Notes under the pieces: model-generated | Seen by the model: the letters and a program-made list of their open reading frames with translations, nothing else | Told to the model about the DNA's origin: nothing | The model's database searches: none | Program-made: the position numbers and the translations under genes | Assembly (NCBI RefSeq): GCF_018350175.1 | Contig: NC_058368.1 | Coordinates: forward strand, 187,366,001-187,430,000 | Source: Felis catus | Lineage: Eukaryota | Direction of reading: 5' to 3' | DNA: 64,000 nt | In this document: positions 23,401-36,238 of the stretch, piece by piece | How positions within the stretch are numbered: position 1 is the stretch's first letter | How the letters are laid out: each line of letters starts with the position of its first letter

Positions 23401-26400
23401 TCAAAATTTTAATTGGTATTTTTATTCCCATTTTATAAGTAAGCAAACAGACTCAGAAAAGTTAGGTACCTTATACAAAAATGCACTATTAATAAGAGGC
23501 AGGAATAGTATTCCAAACCCAGACCAGATTCCCAGCCCACTGTAACTAACAGAAAGCCTGGTGTTTGGTAAATAGCACATCATGTAATTTTCCACAGTTC
23601 TGTCTCACAAACTCCCTCAGGGTCTTGTCTGTACCTCCAGGCACTTAAGCTTTCCACCCTCTTTCCCTGACAGTTTCTCAATAGACACAACTTCCAAACA
23701 CTGACACAGAGCCTAGGAGAAGGACTGGCACCCTGGAAGACATGATGACATTGGCCTAGCTCTAATTACAGCTCCAACAGCCTGTCTGTGCCTAGCAGAC
23801 AAACCATACCAGAAGCACATTAATTTCTGCCCCAGCTGGCTCCCACCATGGGAAGGCTCACATTGCCATGCTCAAAGGGGCCCTGCCTGAACCCCTGATG
23901 AGGGAGGAATGTACCCAGCCCTGCCTCTCTTCTTATTTTTAATTAGAAGTTCCATTAAAACCACTACAGCAATGAGGCACACACCAGGCAACATACTTCA
24001 GAACAATTAGCACACTCTTCAGGGGGCTAAAATGGCCTCAGTCCTGGTCTGGGCGACATAATTGCACCAAAACATACAGCCTACCAGGAGGCCTCCATTT
24101 TAAGTGGAAAGAAACAATTAGTCACACAATCTATCAGGCAGTTAGATCTGTAGGAAATTATTCAATGTACATAATTTAAAAGTTTGCCAGGGGTTGAGGT
24201 ATATGGAAATTATTACTTGCCTACAACTTGGTACATCCATAAGCAAACCACTATCCCCACCCACCCCCACCCCATGCTATTAATGCTCTGTGTTTGTGTG
24301 TAGATAACCACTAAGTAAAGAGACTGGTTGTAATTATGTGTCTGGATCATGGTAGACAAGAGTATTTCATTCCTAAAACGTGGGAAATAATCAGTGGGGC
24401 AGAGAGGTTATGGAACCCCAATCTACCTCACTGCCACTTTCTGAATCCCCAAGCCACTAATTAAAACCTGCCCCTAAGATAGCTCCTGGCCAACTCATCC
24501 TGGTGATTTTGAGAAGTAAATAAAAAGAGCAAATTAGAAGGCCAAAAAGACCTTGAACACCAGGAAAGTTGCAGAAAACCACCCGAGGCTCCCTGGACTC
24601 TGTTTGAAGCCACACTCCTGGATTCCACATGCAGAAGCATCTTGCATGCATTCGATAATCCCTCTCTAGCGCTCATTGCTGAACCTTCCACAGACCAGCA
24701 GTGCTGCTATAATTAATATTCAACCAGCATTTCCACTGCGCACTCAAAGCCTGTTCTTTCAGCCTTTTCAAATCCAATTCAGACCAACGTAATCTTTGCC
24801 CTTGCATTTTGGTTCAGGCAGCAGCGATTGTTAGGATGGCAGATTATGCTTTATTAGCATCTATTGAACAGCAAAGAAGCCTGGCATGATAGTGGTCATC
24901 ACTAGGTCTCTGAAACTGAACTAGGTCTCACAAACTAAAATTAACAAGCCAGCAGTACACAAATACTGGGGCAGGAAGGAGGCTGTTTCAGGAAGAATTA
25001 TTATTTAGAATTTTTCATACAAGACTAAAGATGGAGTGCAAGGTTATGAGGCATCCAAAAAAGGGGGTAGCCCAGCTAATAGGCCACTGTTTGACTATTA
25101 ACTTTAGAGTCTCCACAATTTCCCTTCAAGTGTCATGGTTTGTGCATCTAGAGCAACTGGTATAGTATAGGGAAGCCTTAATTCAAATCCTGGACTAATC
25201 TACTGGATGACCTTGTGCAAATTCTTTCCCTCTCAGAGACTCAGACACTTGTGTTTAAAATGAGAGTTAAAAAGGATCAGTGGTATTTAAACTATCTCTC
25301 TGAGATGGATATGGTCAAATTCCTTTCCCTACATTACCCAGAGAAGCTCTCATCCTGTTTCATATGCCAGCCTTTTCCCTAAGATTCTGTTTTTTAAAAA
25401 GCATTTTTAATCTGTAGAATACAAGTTTGAAGCCACTAGATGATTTCTAAAATCTTTCATACCTACAGGGTCTATGAAGTAGTAAGAACTGAAATGGTAC
25501 AAGGAACACACCATGCTAGTACAGAAGCAGCTGTATGAGTATATTTTGTGGCCAAAGAAATATAGGAGGTAGACAGAAGCAGCAGCAAATTAATACAGAA
25601 TCTCAGCAAAGTGCAGAAAACACTCAGAGATGATACTAATGACTGTAGATACATAAACACGGAGCACAGGAGACATGTGCTATGTCTGAGAGATATGTAG
25701 ACTTTTTTAGTAACTAATATAGCTCAGCAATATTCTATGGCAGATTTGTTGGATATGTGAAAGGCCCCTGGGTCCACGTTGGTAAGTCCAGATTGTTAAG
25801 ACTTTCTACCCCTTCTCTTGAATGGATGTATTGCTCAGTCATACAAGCTTTGAAACTTGGGAAGATATCAGCAACTTGAAAAAAATCTTCTAAAGACAAA
25901 TTCTTAAGCTTAAAAAAAATACAAATCTTCCAAGATGAAACCAAATGTCTCTAGTTAATGAAAGCCTGGCAAACTCAAATAACCAACAATAGCAAAGTTA
26001 ACTTCTGAAAAATAAAAAGAAATAATCAGCTCAATTTCCAGTTAAATGTGATGGATTGACATACACATTTTTCTCCATTCTTTTCTAAAATCCCATTAGA
26101 ATATGAGTTAAGGAAGGAGAAAATCTAAAACCTCAAGAACAATAAGACACGGAAAGAAATAGATGCAAAAGGGAGGGATCAATGAAACTAAAGAAAATGG
26201 AAAAGAAATGAAGGAGTGGTAAATAGATTAGATATCATCTTTCCTCTCTCTGCAAAGGACCTACAGGGTGAGAAACCAGGATAAAGTCAAAGAACCTCAG
26301 AAAGGCTCAGAAATAGAGAGCAATGGGAATATGGTGAAGCAGGAAGATCCTGAACTCACCTCTTCCCATGAACACACCAAGGCAGCAGCTACATATAAAC

Positions 26401-27123
26401 CAACTCCCTCTGAGAATGATCTGAAGACTAGTAAAACAACTCTTCCACACATAAAAAAAAAATCAATGGTAGGAGGAGCATACATGTGATCTGGTCAAAA
26501 TCAAATCCCTAACACAGCAAACCACATGGTTTGGTGCACCAAGAAAATGAGCTCCCATAACATTTGCCTTTGAAAAATCAATGGAGCTTAACTGGAGTTG
26601 CAGAGGGATATAGGAAACTGAGACTCCACTTTTAAAGGGCATACACACAATCTCACTTATTCTAAGATCCAGCAGAGTCAATAGTTTGAAAAGCCCTGGG
26701 CCATACAGGAAAATTTATTGACTAATTTTAGGGCATGTGCCAGAAGGCCAGGGATCTGTGGGAACTTTTCCTGGAAAAAGAAATACTGAAAGGTTCCATT
26801 TTTCTTGCCTTCCTTCAGCCTAACTGGCCAATGCTAGTAGGCTCTAGTTCTGACACTCTCCATCTACTTCTTGAACACCAATTACTATGCCCCAGTGTTC
26901 CCATGTGGGCCGACCCTGCCCCTAACACCTTTCTTAGCAGGCACCCTTCCAAAGCACCTCCCTTCCTATAGCACCCAACAGGCAGCCTTGATCAGAACGA
27001 TGTACCTTCAAAGTGACTTTTGTCCCAAGGAGGGTAGGAGCCAGTCCCACCCACCCAAACATCTGTAGTAGCTACAGCATGTCTCTCAGCCAGTCATGCC
27101 CACCATTGTGCTTGCATCACTTC

Positions 27124-27408
27124 CAGCCCAGTCATCAACAGGAGGACACATGCAGCCCACACAGGAGTACCCCTGGGGTACCTGGTTCTCATGACCAAGA
27201 GGGATTGCATTTGTGGGTCCCACAGGACACTTTCTATATGACACCACTCCCTTCAACACCAGGATGACAGCCCAGTCATCAACAGGAGGACACATGCAGC
27301 CCACACAGGAGTACCCCTGGGGTACCTGGTTCTCATGACCAAGAGGGATTGCATTTGTGGGTCCCACAGGACACTTTCTATATGACACCACTCCCTTCAA
27401 CACCAGGA
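27124..27408 (+). repeat. Tandem duplication, 2 x 141 bp (period 144)
   Basis: 27124-27264 and 27268-27408 read identically, separated by tga. Confidence 0.95.
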
Positions 27409-28240
27409 GACATAGCTAATCTACCTAATACATAGAAACAAACAGAGAAAGATAAAATGAGGAGACAGAGGAATATGTTCTAAACAAAAGAACAAGACAA
27501 AAATCACATAAAAAGAACTAAATGAAATGGAGGTAAGCAATCTACCTGATAAATAGTTCAAAGTAATAGTAATAAAGATGCTCATTGAACATGGGAAAAT
27601 AATGAATAAACTCAATGAGAATTTCAACAGAAACATACATACATACATACATACATAAAACCAATCTGAGCTGAAGAATATAATTACCGAAATGAAAAAT
27701 ACACTAAAAGGAATCAACAGATTAAAGGATGCAAGAGTGATGCAAGGTCAGTGATCCGGAAGACACATAATAGAAATTATCTAAACTGAACTGCAAAAAA
27801 GAAAAAAACAATTTAACAAAAATAAGGCTAGGTTAAGGGACATCTGGGACAACAGAAGAAGAGAGAGAAGGGGGAGGGAGAAATTTTAGCTGAAGAAAAA
27901 ATAGGTGAAAAGTTCCCTATTTGGGGAAAGAAACAGATATCCAGGTCCAGGAATCAAAGAGAGCCCCAAACAAGATGGACCCAAAGATGTCTACACCAAG
28001 ACACAAAATAATTTAAATGTAAAAAATTTAAAGATAAAGAAATAGTCTTAAAAGCAACAAGAGAAACACAACTAGTTATCTACAAGGGAACATCCATAAG
28101 ATTATCAGCTGATTTTTCAGCAAAAACTTGCAGGACAAAAGGAAGTGGAATGATATGTTCAAAGTACTAAAAGGAAAAAACCTACAACCAAAAAGACCTC
28201 TACCCAGCAAAGGTAATATTCAGATTTAAAAGAAAGATAT

Positions 28241-28444
28241 GGGGCACTAGGTGGCTCAGTAAGTTAAACGTCTGACTCTTGATTTTGGCTCAGGTCATGA
28301 TTTCACAGTTCATGGGATCAAGCCCTGCATTGGGCTCTGAGCTGACAGTGTGGAACTTGCTTGGGATTCTCTCTCTTCCTCTCTCTCAGCCCCTACCAGC
28401 TCACATAATCTCTTTCTCAAAATAAATGAACTAAAAAAAAAAAA
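28241..28444 (+). mobile_element. Can-SINE inside L1 A ORF1
   Basis: SINE head, (CT)n tract and poly(A), with flanking aaagata repeats. Confidence 0.92.
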
Positions 28445-28663
28445 GATAAAGAGTTTCCCAAACAAAAGTTTAAAAAGTTTGCCACCACTAACCCAGCCTT
28501 ACAAGAAATGTTGAAGAAACTTAAACAGAAAAGAAATTGCCATAGCTAGAAGAAAATTAGGAAAGATAAAATTTCACTGGTAAAAGCAAACGTATAGTAA
28601 AGATAGTAGCTCAATCACTTATAAAGCTAGTATGATGGCTGAAGAACAAAAGTAGTAAAATTA

Positions 28664-28860
28664 GGGGCAACTGGGTCGCTCAGTTGGTTAAGCGTCCAAT
28701 TCTTGATCTTGGCTCAGGTCATTATCTCACTGTTCATGGGATCAGCCCTGCATTGGGCTCTGTGATGACAGTGCAGAGCCTGCTTGGGATTCTCTCTCCC
28801 TCTCTCTCTGCCTCTCCCCCAATCACACGAATGCTCTCTCTCTCAAAATAAATAAATAAT
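28664..28860 (+). mobile_element. Can-SINE inside L1 A
   Basis: ggggcaactgggtcgctcagttggttaagcg head and AATAAA tail. Confidence 0.92.
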
Positions 28861-30300
28861 TGTATTACTTTTTAAAAATGTTTAATTCTACCTATAAAAA
28901 TTAGTAAAGGAAAACACAAAATAAGAATATTAAAATGTGACATCACATACATAAAAAGTTAGGGAGGAGTAAAAATATAGTTTTTTTAGAATGTGTTCAA
29001 ATTTCAGTGATCATCACTTTAAAATATACTGCTCTGTACATAGGGTGTATGTATGAACACAAACCAAAAACCTATATTAGATACATAAAAAAAAGAAAGA
29101 GAAAGGAATCCAAGCATAACACTAAAGATAATTATCAAATCACAAGGAAAGACAGCAAGAGAAGGAATAGAGAATAACTACAAAAACAATAAGGAAACAG
29201 TTAACAAAATGGCAATAAGTACATGCCTATCAATAATTACTTTAAATGTAAAGGGCTAAATGCTCCAATTAAAAGACATATAGTGACTGAATTGATTTTT
29301 TAAAAAAATACCACGAGTATACATATGTATGTATGTGTGTGTGTGTGTGTATGAGTATACACAAACATACATACTACCTACAGGAGACTTACTTCACATC
29401 TAAAGACACATACAAACTGAAAGTAAAGAGACAGAAAAAGATACTCCATGCAAATGGAAGCAAAAAAAAAAGTTGGGGTAGCAATACTTATATCAAACAA
29501 AATAAACTTTAAAACAAAGACTATAACAGACAAAGAAAGGCATTAGAGAATGATAAAGGGATCAATCCAACAAGAGGATGTAACAATTATAAATATGTAT
29601 GTACCCAACAGACATATGTCTGTTATGTATTAACAGACATAAAGAGAAATTGACATTAAGAGAGAATATGATAATAGTAGGGGAGCTTAACACCCCATTT
29701 ACATCAATGAATAGATCATCCAGACAGTGGATTCAAATGACACAATAGAGCAGATGGACTTAACAGATACATACAGAAAATTCCATCCAGAAAAAAAATA
29801 GAATACACATTCTTTTCAAATTTGCAGGGAACATTCTCCAGAATAGATCACGTTAGGCCACAAAACAAGCCTCAACAAATTTAAGAAGATTGAAATCATA
29901 TCAAGCAACTTTCCCAACAATGCCATGAAACCATAAATTAATTACAAGATAAAAATGGGGGGGGGGAGGGGGAAACAGGCACATGAAGGCAAAACAACAT
30001 GCTACCAAACAACGAATAGGTCAAGGAAGAAATCAAAAAAGATAATAAAAAATATAGAGACAAATGTAAATGGAAACATAATGTTCCAAAATCTTCAGGA
30101 TATTGCAAAATCATTTCTAAAAGTTCAACTTATAACAATTCAGGACTACTTCAAGAAACAAGAAAAATCTCTAACAATCTAACTTTATACCCAAAGGAAC
30201 TAGAAAAAGAAGAACAAAGTTCAAAGTTAGCATAAAGAAGGCAATAATAAAGATCAGAGTGGAAATAAATTAAATCAAAACTAAGAAAAAAGTAGAAAAT

Positions 30301-30476
30301 GGGCACCTGGGTGGCTCAGTTAAGTGTCCAACTCTTGAACTTGGCTCAGGGTTCTTGGGTTCGAACCCCACATCGGGCTCCATGCTAATAGTGCAGGGAG
30401 TTCTTGGGATTCTCTCTCCCTCTCTCTCTGCCTCTCCCTCACTCCCTCACTCTACTCCCTCAAAATAAATAAACTT
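30301..30476 (+). mobile_element. Can-SINE inside L1 A ORF2
   Basis: gggcacctgggtggctcagt head, (CT)n tract, AATAAA. Confidence 0.9.
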
Positions 30477-32211
30477 TGAATTTTTTAAAAAAATCAAAAT
30501 GAAGAGCTTGTCCTTTGAAAATATTAACGAAATTGGTAAACCTTTAGACACACCCCTCAAGAAAAAGAGAGAGGGCTCAAATAAATAAAATCATAAATTA
30601 AAGGGGAGAGGTTATGACCAACACCACAGAAATATAAAGGATTATGAGACTATGACAAAAATTTATGTCAACAAATCGGACAACCTAGAATAAGTGAATA
30701 AATTCCTTGAAACATACTATCTCCCAAGACTGAATCAAGAAGTAGAAAATCTGAACAGACAAATCACTAGTAATGACATAATGAATAAGTAATAAAAAAA
30801 AACTCCCATCCAAGTCCAGGACCAGATGTCTTCCCAGGTAAATTCTACCAAACATTTAAGGAAGAGTTAATATTTATCCTTCTCAAACTATTCCAAAAAA
30901 AATTGAAGAGAAAGAAACACTTCCAAATCATTCTAGGAGGCCAGCATTCCCTGATCTCAAAACCAGATGAAGATACTACAAAAAAGAAAATTACAGGCCA
31001 ATATCCCTGATGAATACAGGTACAAAAATTCTCAACAAAATATTAGTAAGCCAAATTCAGCAATGCATTAAAAGGAGCATTTACTACAACCAAGTGGGAT
31101 TTATTGTAGGTATGCAAGGATGTTTTGATATCTGCAAATCAATTAACATGATACAGCACATAAACAAAATGAAGAATAAAGATTATATGGTCATATCAAT
31201 AGATGCAAAAAAAAAAGAAAAAGAAAAAAAAAGCAGTTGACCAAATGCAACATCCATTTGTGATAAAGATTCTCAACTAAGTGAATATACAAGGAACATA
31301 TGTCAACATAATAAAGGCCATATATAACAAACTCACAGCTAACATCATACTCAACAGTAAAAAGCTGAAAGTTTTTCCTCTAAAATCAGGAACAAGGCAA
31401 GGATGCTCACTCCTACCACTACTATTCAACATAGTACTAGAATCCTAGCTCAGTAAGCATACAAGAAATAAAAAATATCCCAACTGGTAAGGAAGAAATA
31501 AAGCTATCACTGTTTGTAGGTGACAGGATACTATATAGAGAAAACCCTAAAGACTGTAGCAAAAAACTATGAGAATAAATGAATTCAATAAAATTTCAGG
31601 AAATGAAATTAATGCACATAAATCTGTCACATTTCTATACACAAATAATAAAGTAGCAAAACGAGAAATTAAGAACACAATCCCACTTACAATTGCATGA
31701 AAAAGAATAAAATGCCTAGGAATAAATTTAACCAAGGAAGTTGAAGACCTTCACTCTGAAAACTATAAGACTTTGATGAGAGAAATTGCTGATGACACAA
31801 ATAAATGGAAAAGTATACCATGTTCATCAATTAAAGGAATTTTGTTAAAATGTCCATACTACCCAAAGCAGTCTACAGATTCAGTGCAATTCCTACCACA
31901 TATCAATAGGATTTTGTGTAGAACCAGAACTAATACTCCTAAAATTTAGGTGGAACCACAAAAGACCCTGAATAGTCAGAGCAATCTTGAGAAAGAACAA
32001 AGCTGAAAGTATCATGCTCTCAGATTTCAAATTGTATTACAAACCTATAGTAATCAAAACAGTATGGTACTGGCACAAAAATAGACACATATATGGCATA
32101 GAATAGATAACCCAGAAAGAAACCCATGCTTACATGGTTAATTAGTCTATGACAAAGGAGGCAAGAGTATGCAATGGGGAAAAGACAGTATCTTCAATAA
32201 ATGGTGCTGGG

Positions 32212-33006
32212 CTAGTCAGAGTGGCTAAAATGAACAACTCAGGAAACAATAGATATTGGGGAGGATGTGAAAACAGGGAAACCCTCTTGCATTGTTGGTG
32301 GGAAGGCAAACTGGTGCAGGCACTCTGTAAAACTGTGGAGATTCCTCAAAAAATTAACCTATTGCTATAACCCAGCAATAGCACTACTAGAAATTTATCC
32401 AAAGGATACAGGAGTACTGATTCACAGAAGCACGTGTACCCTGATGCTTATATAAGTGCTGTAAACAATGGCCAAAATATGGAAAAAGTCTAAATGTCCA
32501 TCAACTGATGAATGGATAAAGAAGATGTGGTATATACCTATACAATGGAATACTACTCGGCAATGAAAAAGAATGAAATATTGCCATTTGCAACAATGTG
32601 GATGGAACTGGAAGGTATTATGCTAAGTGAAATACTTCAGTCAGATAAAGACAGATATATGTTTTCACTTATACGTGAAAGTGGAGAAATTTAACAGAAG
32701 ACCATGGGGGAATGAAAAGAAAAAAAATAGCTACAGAGAGGGAGGCAAACTATAAGAGACTCTTAAATACAGAGAACAAACTGAGGGTTGAGGGGGTGGA
32801 GGTAGGGGGATGTGGAAAATAGGTCATGGGCTTTGAGGAGGGCACCTGTTGGGATGAGCACTGGGTGTGGTATGTAAGTGATGAATCATGGGAATCTACT
32901 AAAGCCAAGAGCACAGTTTTACACTGTTAGCTGACTTGACAATAAGTTATATAAAAAAATAAAAAATAAAGTGCACAATTCAAAAAACTGTTTTAATTAA
33001 ATAAAA
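32212..33006 (+). mobile_element. L1 element B: 5'-truncated L1 3' end inserted in A
   Basis: Abrupt jump to late ORF2 and 3' UTR. TSD AATAAATGGTGCT at 32196-32208 / 33007-33019. Confidence 0.88.
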
Positions 33007-33020
33007 AATAAATGGTGCTT

Positions 33021-35073
33021 GGGGGAGAGGCCAAGATGGCAGAACATCATGGAAGTTTTTTCAGCTCTGTCAACCCTGCAATGCAACCAGATCAACACTA
33101 AACCATCTTGCACACCTAGAAAACTGATTTGAGGATTAACACAACAATCTGCACAACCTGGACCACAGAACTCGGCAGGTACGTGGCACAGAAAGGTGAA
33201 CTGGGGGAGAGAGAAGCCACAGAGGGCAGGGAACTGTTTTTGCTTGCAGAGAGAGGACAGAGATGGGTGGAGGGTGGGAGGGAGTATGGGAAAATCACCC
33301 CTGCCCCAAAATCAGCTGGAAAGAAAGTGGAGGAGTGGACAAGGGACTGAACAAAGAAGAGAAAAAGGAGAAAGGAGAGGGTTTAAATTCCCTTTCGACT
33401 CTATAGACAGGGGGAGATCAGAGTCTGAAACTCCACAACTTGATACCTGACGGTGATCTGGTGGGAAGGGTGAATCCCCAGGAGCAGAGAGCAAGGTCCA
33501 AGGGGTCTTAGGGCCACATGGGAAGTGGTGGTTCCCTTGCTGAGAAGACATTTGGTAGAGGCTGTACAGCCTCCACACAAAGGTCCCAGCAGACCCTGGA
33601 GAACAACCACTTAGAACAAGGATGTTAAGGGTGTAGCCTGGTGCCAGATGTATGTTGTGATTTACCATAATTCCTGAAAAGCTTCTGCTACACAATCGCA
33701 TGAACTTTTTCTGGGGTGGGCTGGCACCTAGCCACAGTCACTGGGCATTAGCAGCAGCACAGTCTCATAAACATTCCTGGGGGTGGGCCAGAGACCCTCC
33801 CCCAGAGGGTCTGAGCAGGTCAAAGGCACCGTCCCTCAGAAGTTGGGGGTTGGGAAACACAGCCCCATCTGAGATAAAACTCAGGAGGGAGGTGCCGCCT
33901 GGTGGCCTGACGACTTGGTCAGGGACAGTGTAGAAGCAGGGAGTAGACAAAAGCAGGAAACAATGGAGGGATGTTTGGTTGCCTGTAGGGGACAACAGAG
34001 AGTTCCAATATTAGAGACTGTGTAGCTGGGTGACGCCATTTTCACCTCTCCCACGTGTGCACATATATGCCTACACATGCCACAACAATCCACCCAAGTA
34101 AGCTAAGCATTGCAATCTAGTGGAGAAGGAAGCCGTTACACTACACCCCACCCAACTGGGCCAAGAGCAGCTCAACTGCTCTTGAGAAACACCACAAGTC
34201 TCTCCACCTGCTTAGTTTACAGGCTATAAAGTGCTTCATAGTTTGACATCTAGGGAAAACCAGATGTAATTTTAATCATACTTAATTCTGTTTGTTGGTC
34301 CATCTATCTAACTTTTTGTCTCTTTTTCTTTTCTTTTCTCATTCAAATACAGGAAGAGAAAATTTTTTTCCATTTTTATTAAAAAGATTTTTAATTTTCT
34401 TCTCTATTCCTTCATTTTTTTAATTTTTAAATTCTATTTTACTTTCATCATTTCATTTTATTCTATTTTATTGTATTTATTTTTTCAAATTTTCAAACGT
34501 TTCCTTTTCCTTTTTTTTTTCCTATCTTTCCCTTTTTTTTCTTAATCTACCAAGCTTCTTTCAACAACCAGACCAAAACATACCTAGGATCTAGCACCCT
34601 TTATTTTTTGTGTTGTTTTTAATTTTTTAATTTTTTAATTTTTATTATTTTACTTTATTAATTCCTTTTCTTCCTTCAAGATGATGAAAGAAAGGAATTC
34701 ACCCCAGAAGAAAGAACAGGAAGAAATGACAGGCAGTGATTTAATCAACACAGATACAAGCAAGATGCCTGAACCAGAATTAAGAATCAGTATAATAAGA
34801 ATACTAGCGGGGTTGAAAATAGATTAGAAGAATCCCTTTCTGGAGAGATAAAAGAAATAAAAGCTAGTCAGGATGAAATAAAAAATGTTATAACTGAGCT
34901 GCAATATCGAATGGATACTACAGTGGCAAGGATGGATGAAGCAGAGCAGCAAATCAGCAATATACAAGACAAACTTCTGGAGAATAATGAAGCAGGAAAA
35001 AAGAGGGAGACTAAGGCAAAAGAGCACAATATAAGAATTAGAGAACTCAGTGACTCATTAAAAAGGAATAACA
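33021..35073 (+). mobile_element. L1 element C, part 1: 5' UTR and ORF1 N-terminal half (from 34681)
   Basis: gggggagaggccaagatggc start. ORF1 peptide MDTTVARMDEAEQQISNIQDKL...LSDSLKRNN is interrupted at 35073. Confidence 0.9.
33031..33040 (+). promoter_or_regulatory. YY1-type motif at the L1 C 5' end (counterparts at 35084-35093 in D and 43873-43880 minus strand in F)
   Basis: CCAAGATGGC lies ~10 nt from the element start, as in mammalian L1 promoters. Confidence 0.7.
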
Positions 35074-35737
35074 GAGAGAGGAGCCAAGATGGTGGAAGAG
35101 CATGGAAGCTTTTTGTGTGTCTCACATCCATAAAATACAACCAGACCAACACTGAACCATCCTACATACCTAGAAAACTGATTGGAGGATTAACGCAACA
35201 ATCTGCACAACCTGAACCACCAAATTGCAGGTACGTGGTGTGGAGAGCTGAACTTGGGGAGCAAGAAGCCCTGAAAGATAGGGAACCACTTTTGCGGGTG
35301 GAGAGAGCATGGAGACTGGGGAGAGGGGTAGAAAACGGGAAAATCACCCCTCCCCAAAAGCAGATGGAAAGAAAGTGGAAAATTAGAAACAGCCACAGGG
35401 CTAAACTAAAAACGGAGAAAGGAGAAAGGCGAGGATTTAAATTCCATTAAGACTGTAAACAAGGGGAGCGCAAAGGCTGCAATTCTGCAGCTTCATACCT
35501 GGTGGTGCTCTGGTGAGAAGGGTAAATCCCCATGAACAGAGTGGGATCTGGGAGATGCCAGGGCCACATGGGGAAAAGCAGTTCCACTGCTAGAAGGACA
35601 TTTGGTGGAGACTGTTGAAGCCACCTGGTTCCAGCAGACCCCAGAAGGCAGCCAAGTTCACTGGTCTGGGGCAAGGTTGTTAAGGGTGAAGCCTGGTGCC
35701 AGATGTGTGTTGTGATTTTCCATAATCCCTGAGATGG

Positions 35738-36187
35738 GGTGCGTATGTGCATGCGTGGGAGCAGTGAAAATGGTGCCACCCAGGTACCCAGTCTGTTCCA
35801 GCAGACTGTCTCACGAACATTTTCTGGGATGGGCTGGCACCTAGCCACAGTCTCAGGGCACCGGCAACAACAGGGTCCAGCGGGCGTACCTGGGTGCAGG
35901 CAATATTTGGCCATTGCTCATTTGGCCATTGCTTGGTGAGACCCTCCTGCAGAGGGGCGAAACGGGTCAAAGCCACAGTCCTTCGGAAGTAGGGAGTCGG
36001 GGAAAACAGCCGTATCTGAGACAAGGTTTGGGAGAGAGGTGCTGCCTGGGGCCAGGTCATGGAGAGTGAAGAAGCTGGAAGTGGACGAGAGCTGAAGACA
36101 GAGGGTATACAATTGCTGATCGGGGAGAACAGACTGGGTACCTGGGTGGCTCCATTTTCACTGCTCCCACGCATGCACATACGCACC
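35738..36187. repeat. Inverted repeat with 61-bp arms (35738-35798 / 36127-36187), 60/61 identical
   Basis: Direct comparison of the two arms. The ORF track gives the same N-terminal peptide on both strands. Confidence 0.95.
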
Positions 36188-36224
36188 TAAGAGCCCTGCA
36201 ACAATCCACCCCAGTAGGCTAGCA

Positions 36225-36238
36225 GCGCCACCTAGTGG
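36225..36238 (-). promoter_or_regulatory. CTCF consensus motif in the L1 D 5' UTR
   Basis: Minus strand CCACTAGGTGGCGC fits CCASYAGRKGGCRS at every position. Binding is untested. Confidence 0.55.

Larger units (their letters stand above)
26320..32211 (+). mobile_element. L1 element A (oldest host): 5' UTR, decayed ORF1 (~27460-28560) and ORF2 (~29210-32211)
   Basis: 5' end caggaagatcctgaactcacctcttccc typical of old laurasiatherian L1. ORF2 remnants such as [22 protein letters not shown], with many stops. Confidence 0.9.

Noticed and set aside
27086..27403. ORF with an internally repeated peptide, or a possible repeat-spacer array
   Set aside because: It is a by-product of the single 141-bp tandem duplication. 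There are only two units and no spacers, so it is not CRISPR-like.
34911..35450. 179-aa ORF as a new ORF1 fusion gene
   Set aside because: Chance read-through from C ORF1 into the D 5' UTR. The ORF1 start region upstream is disrupted and nothing indicates expression.
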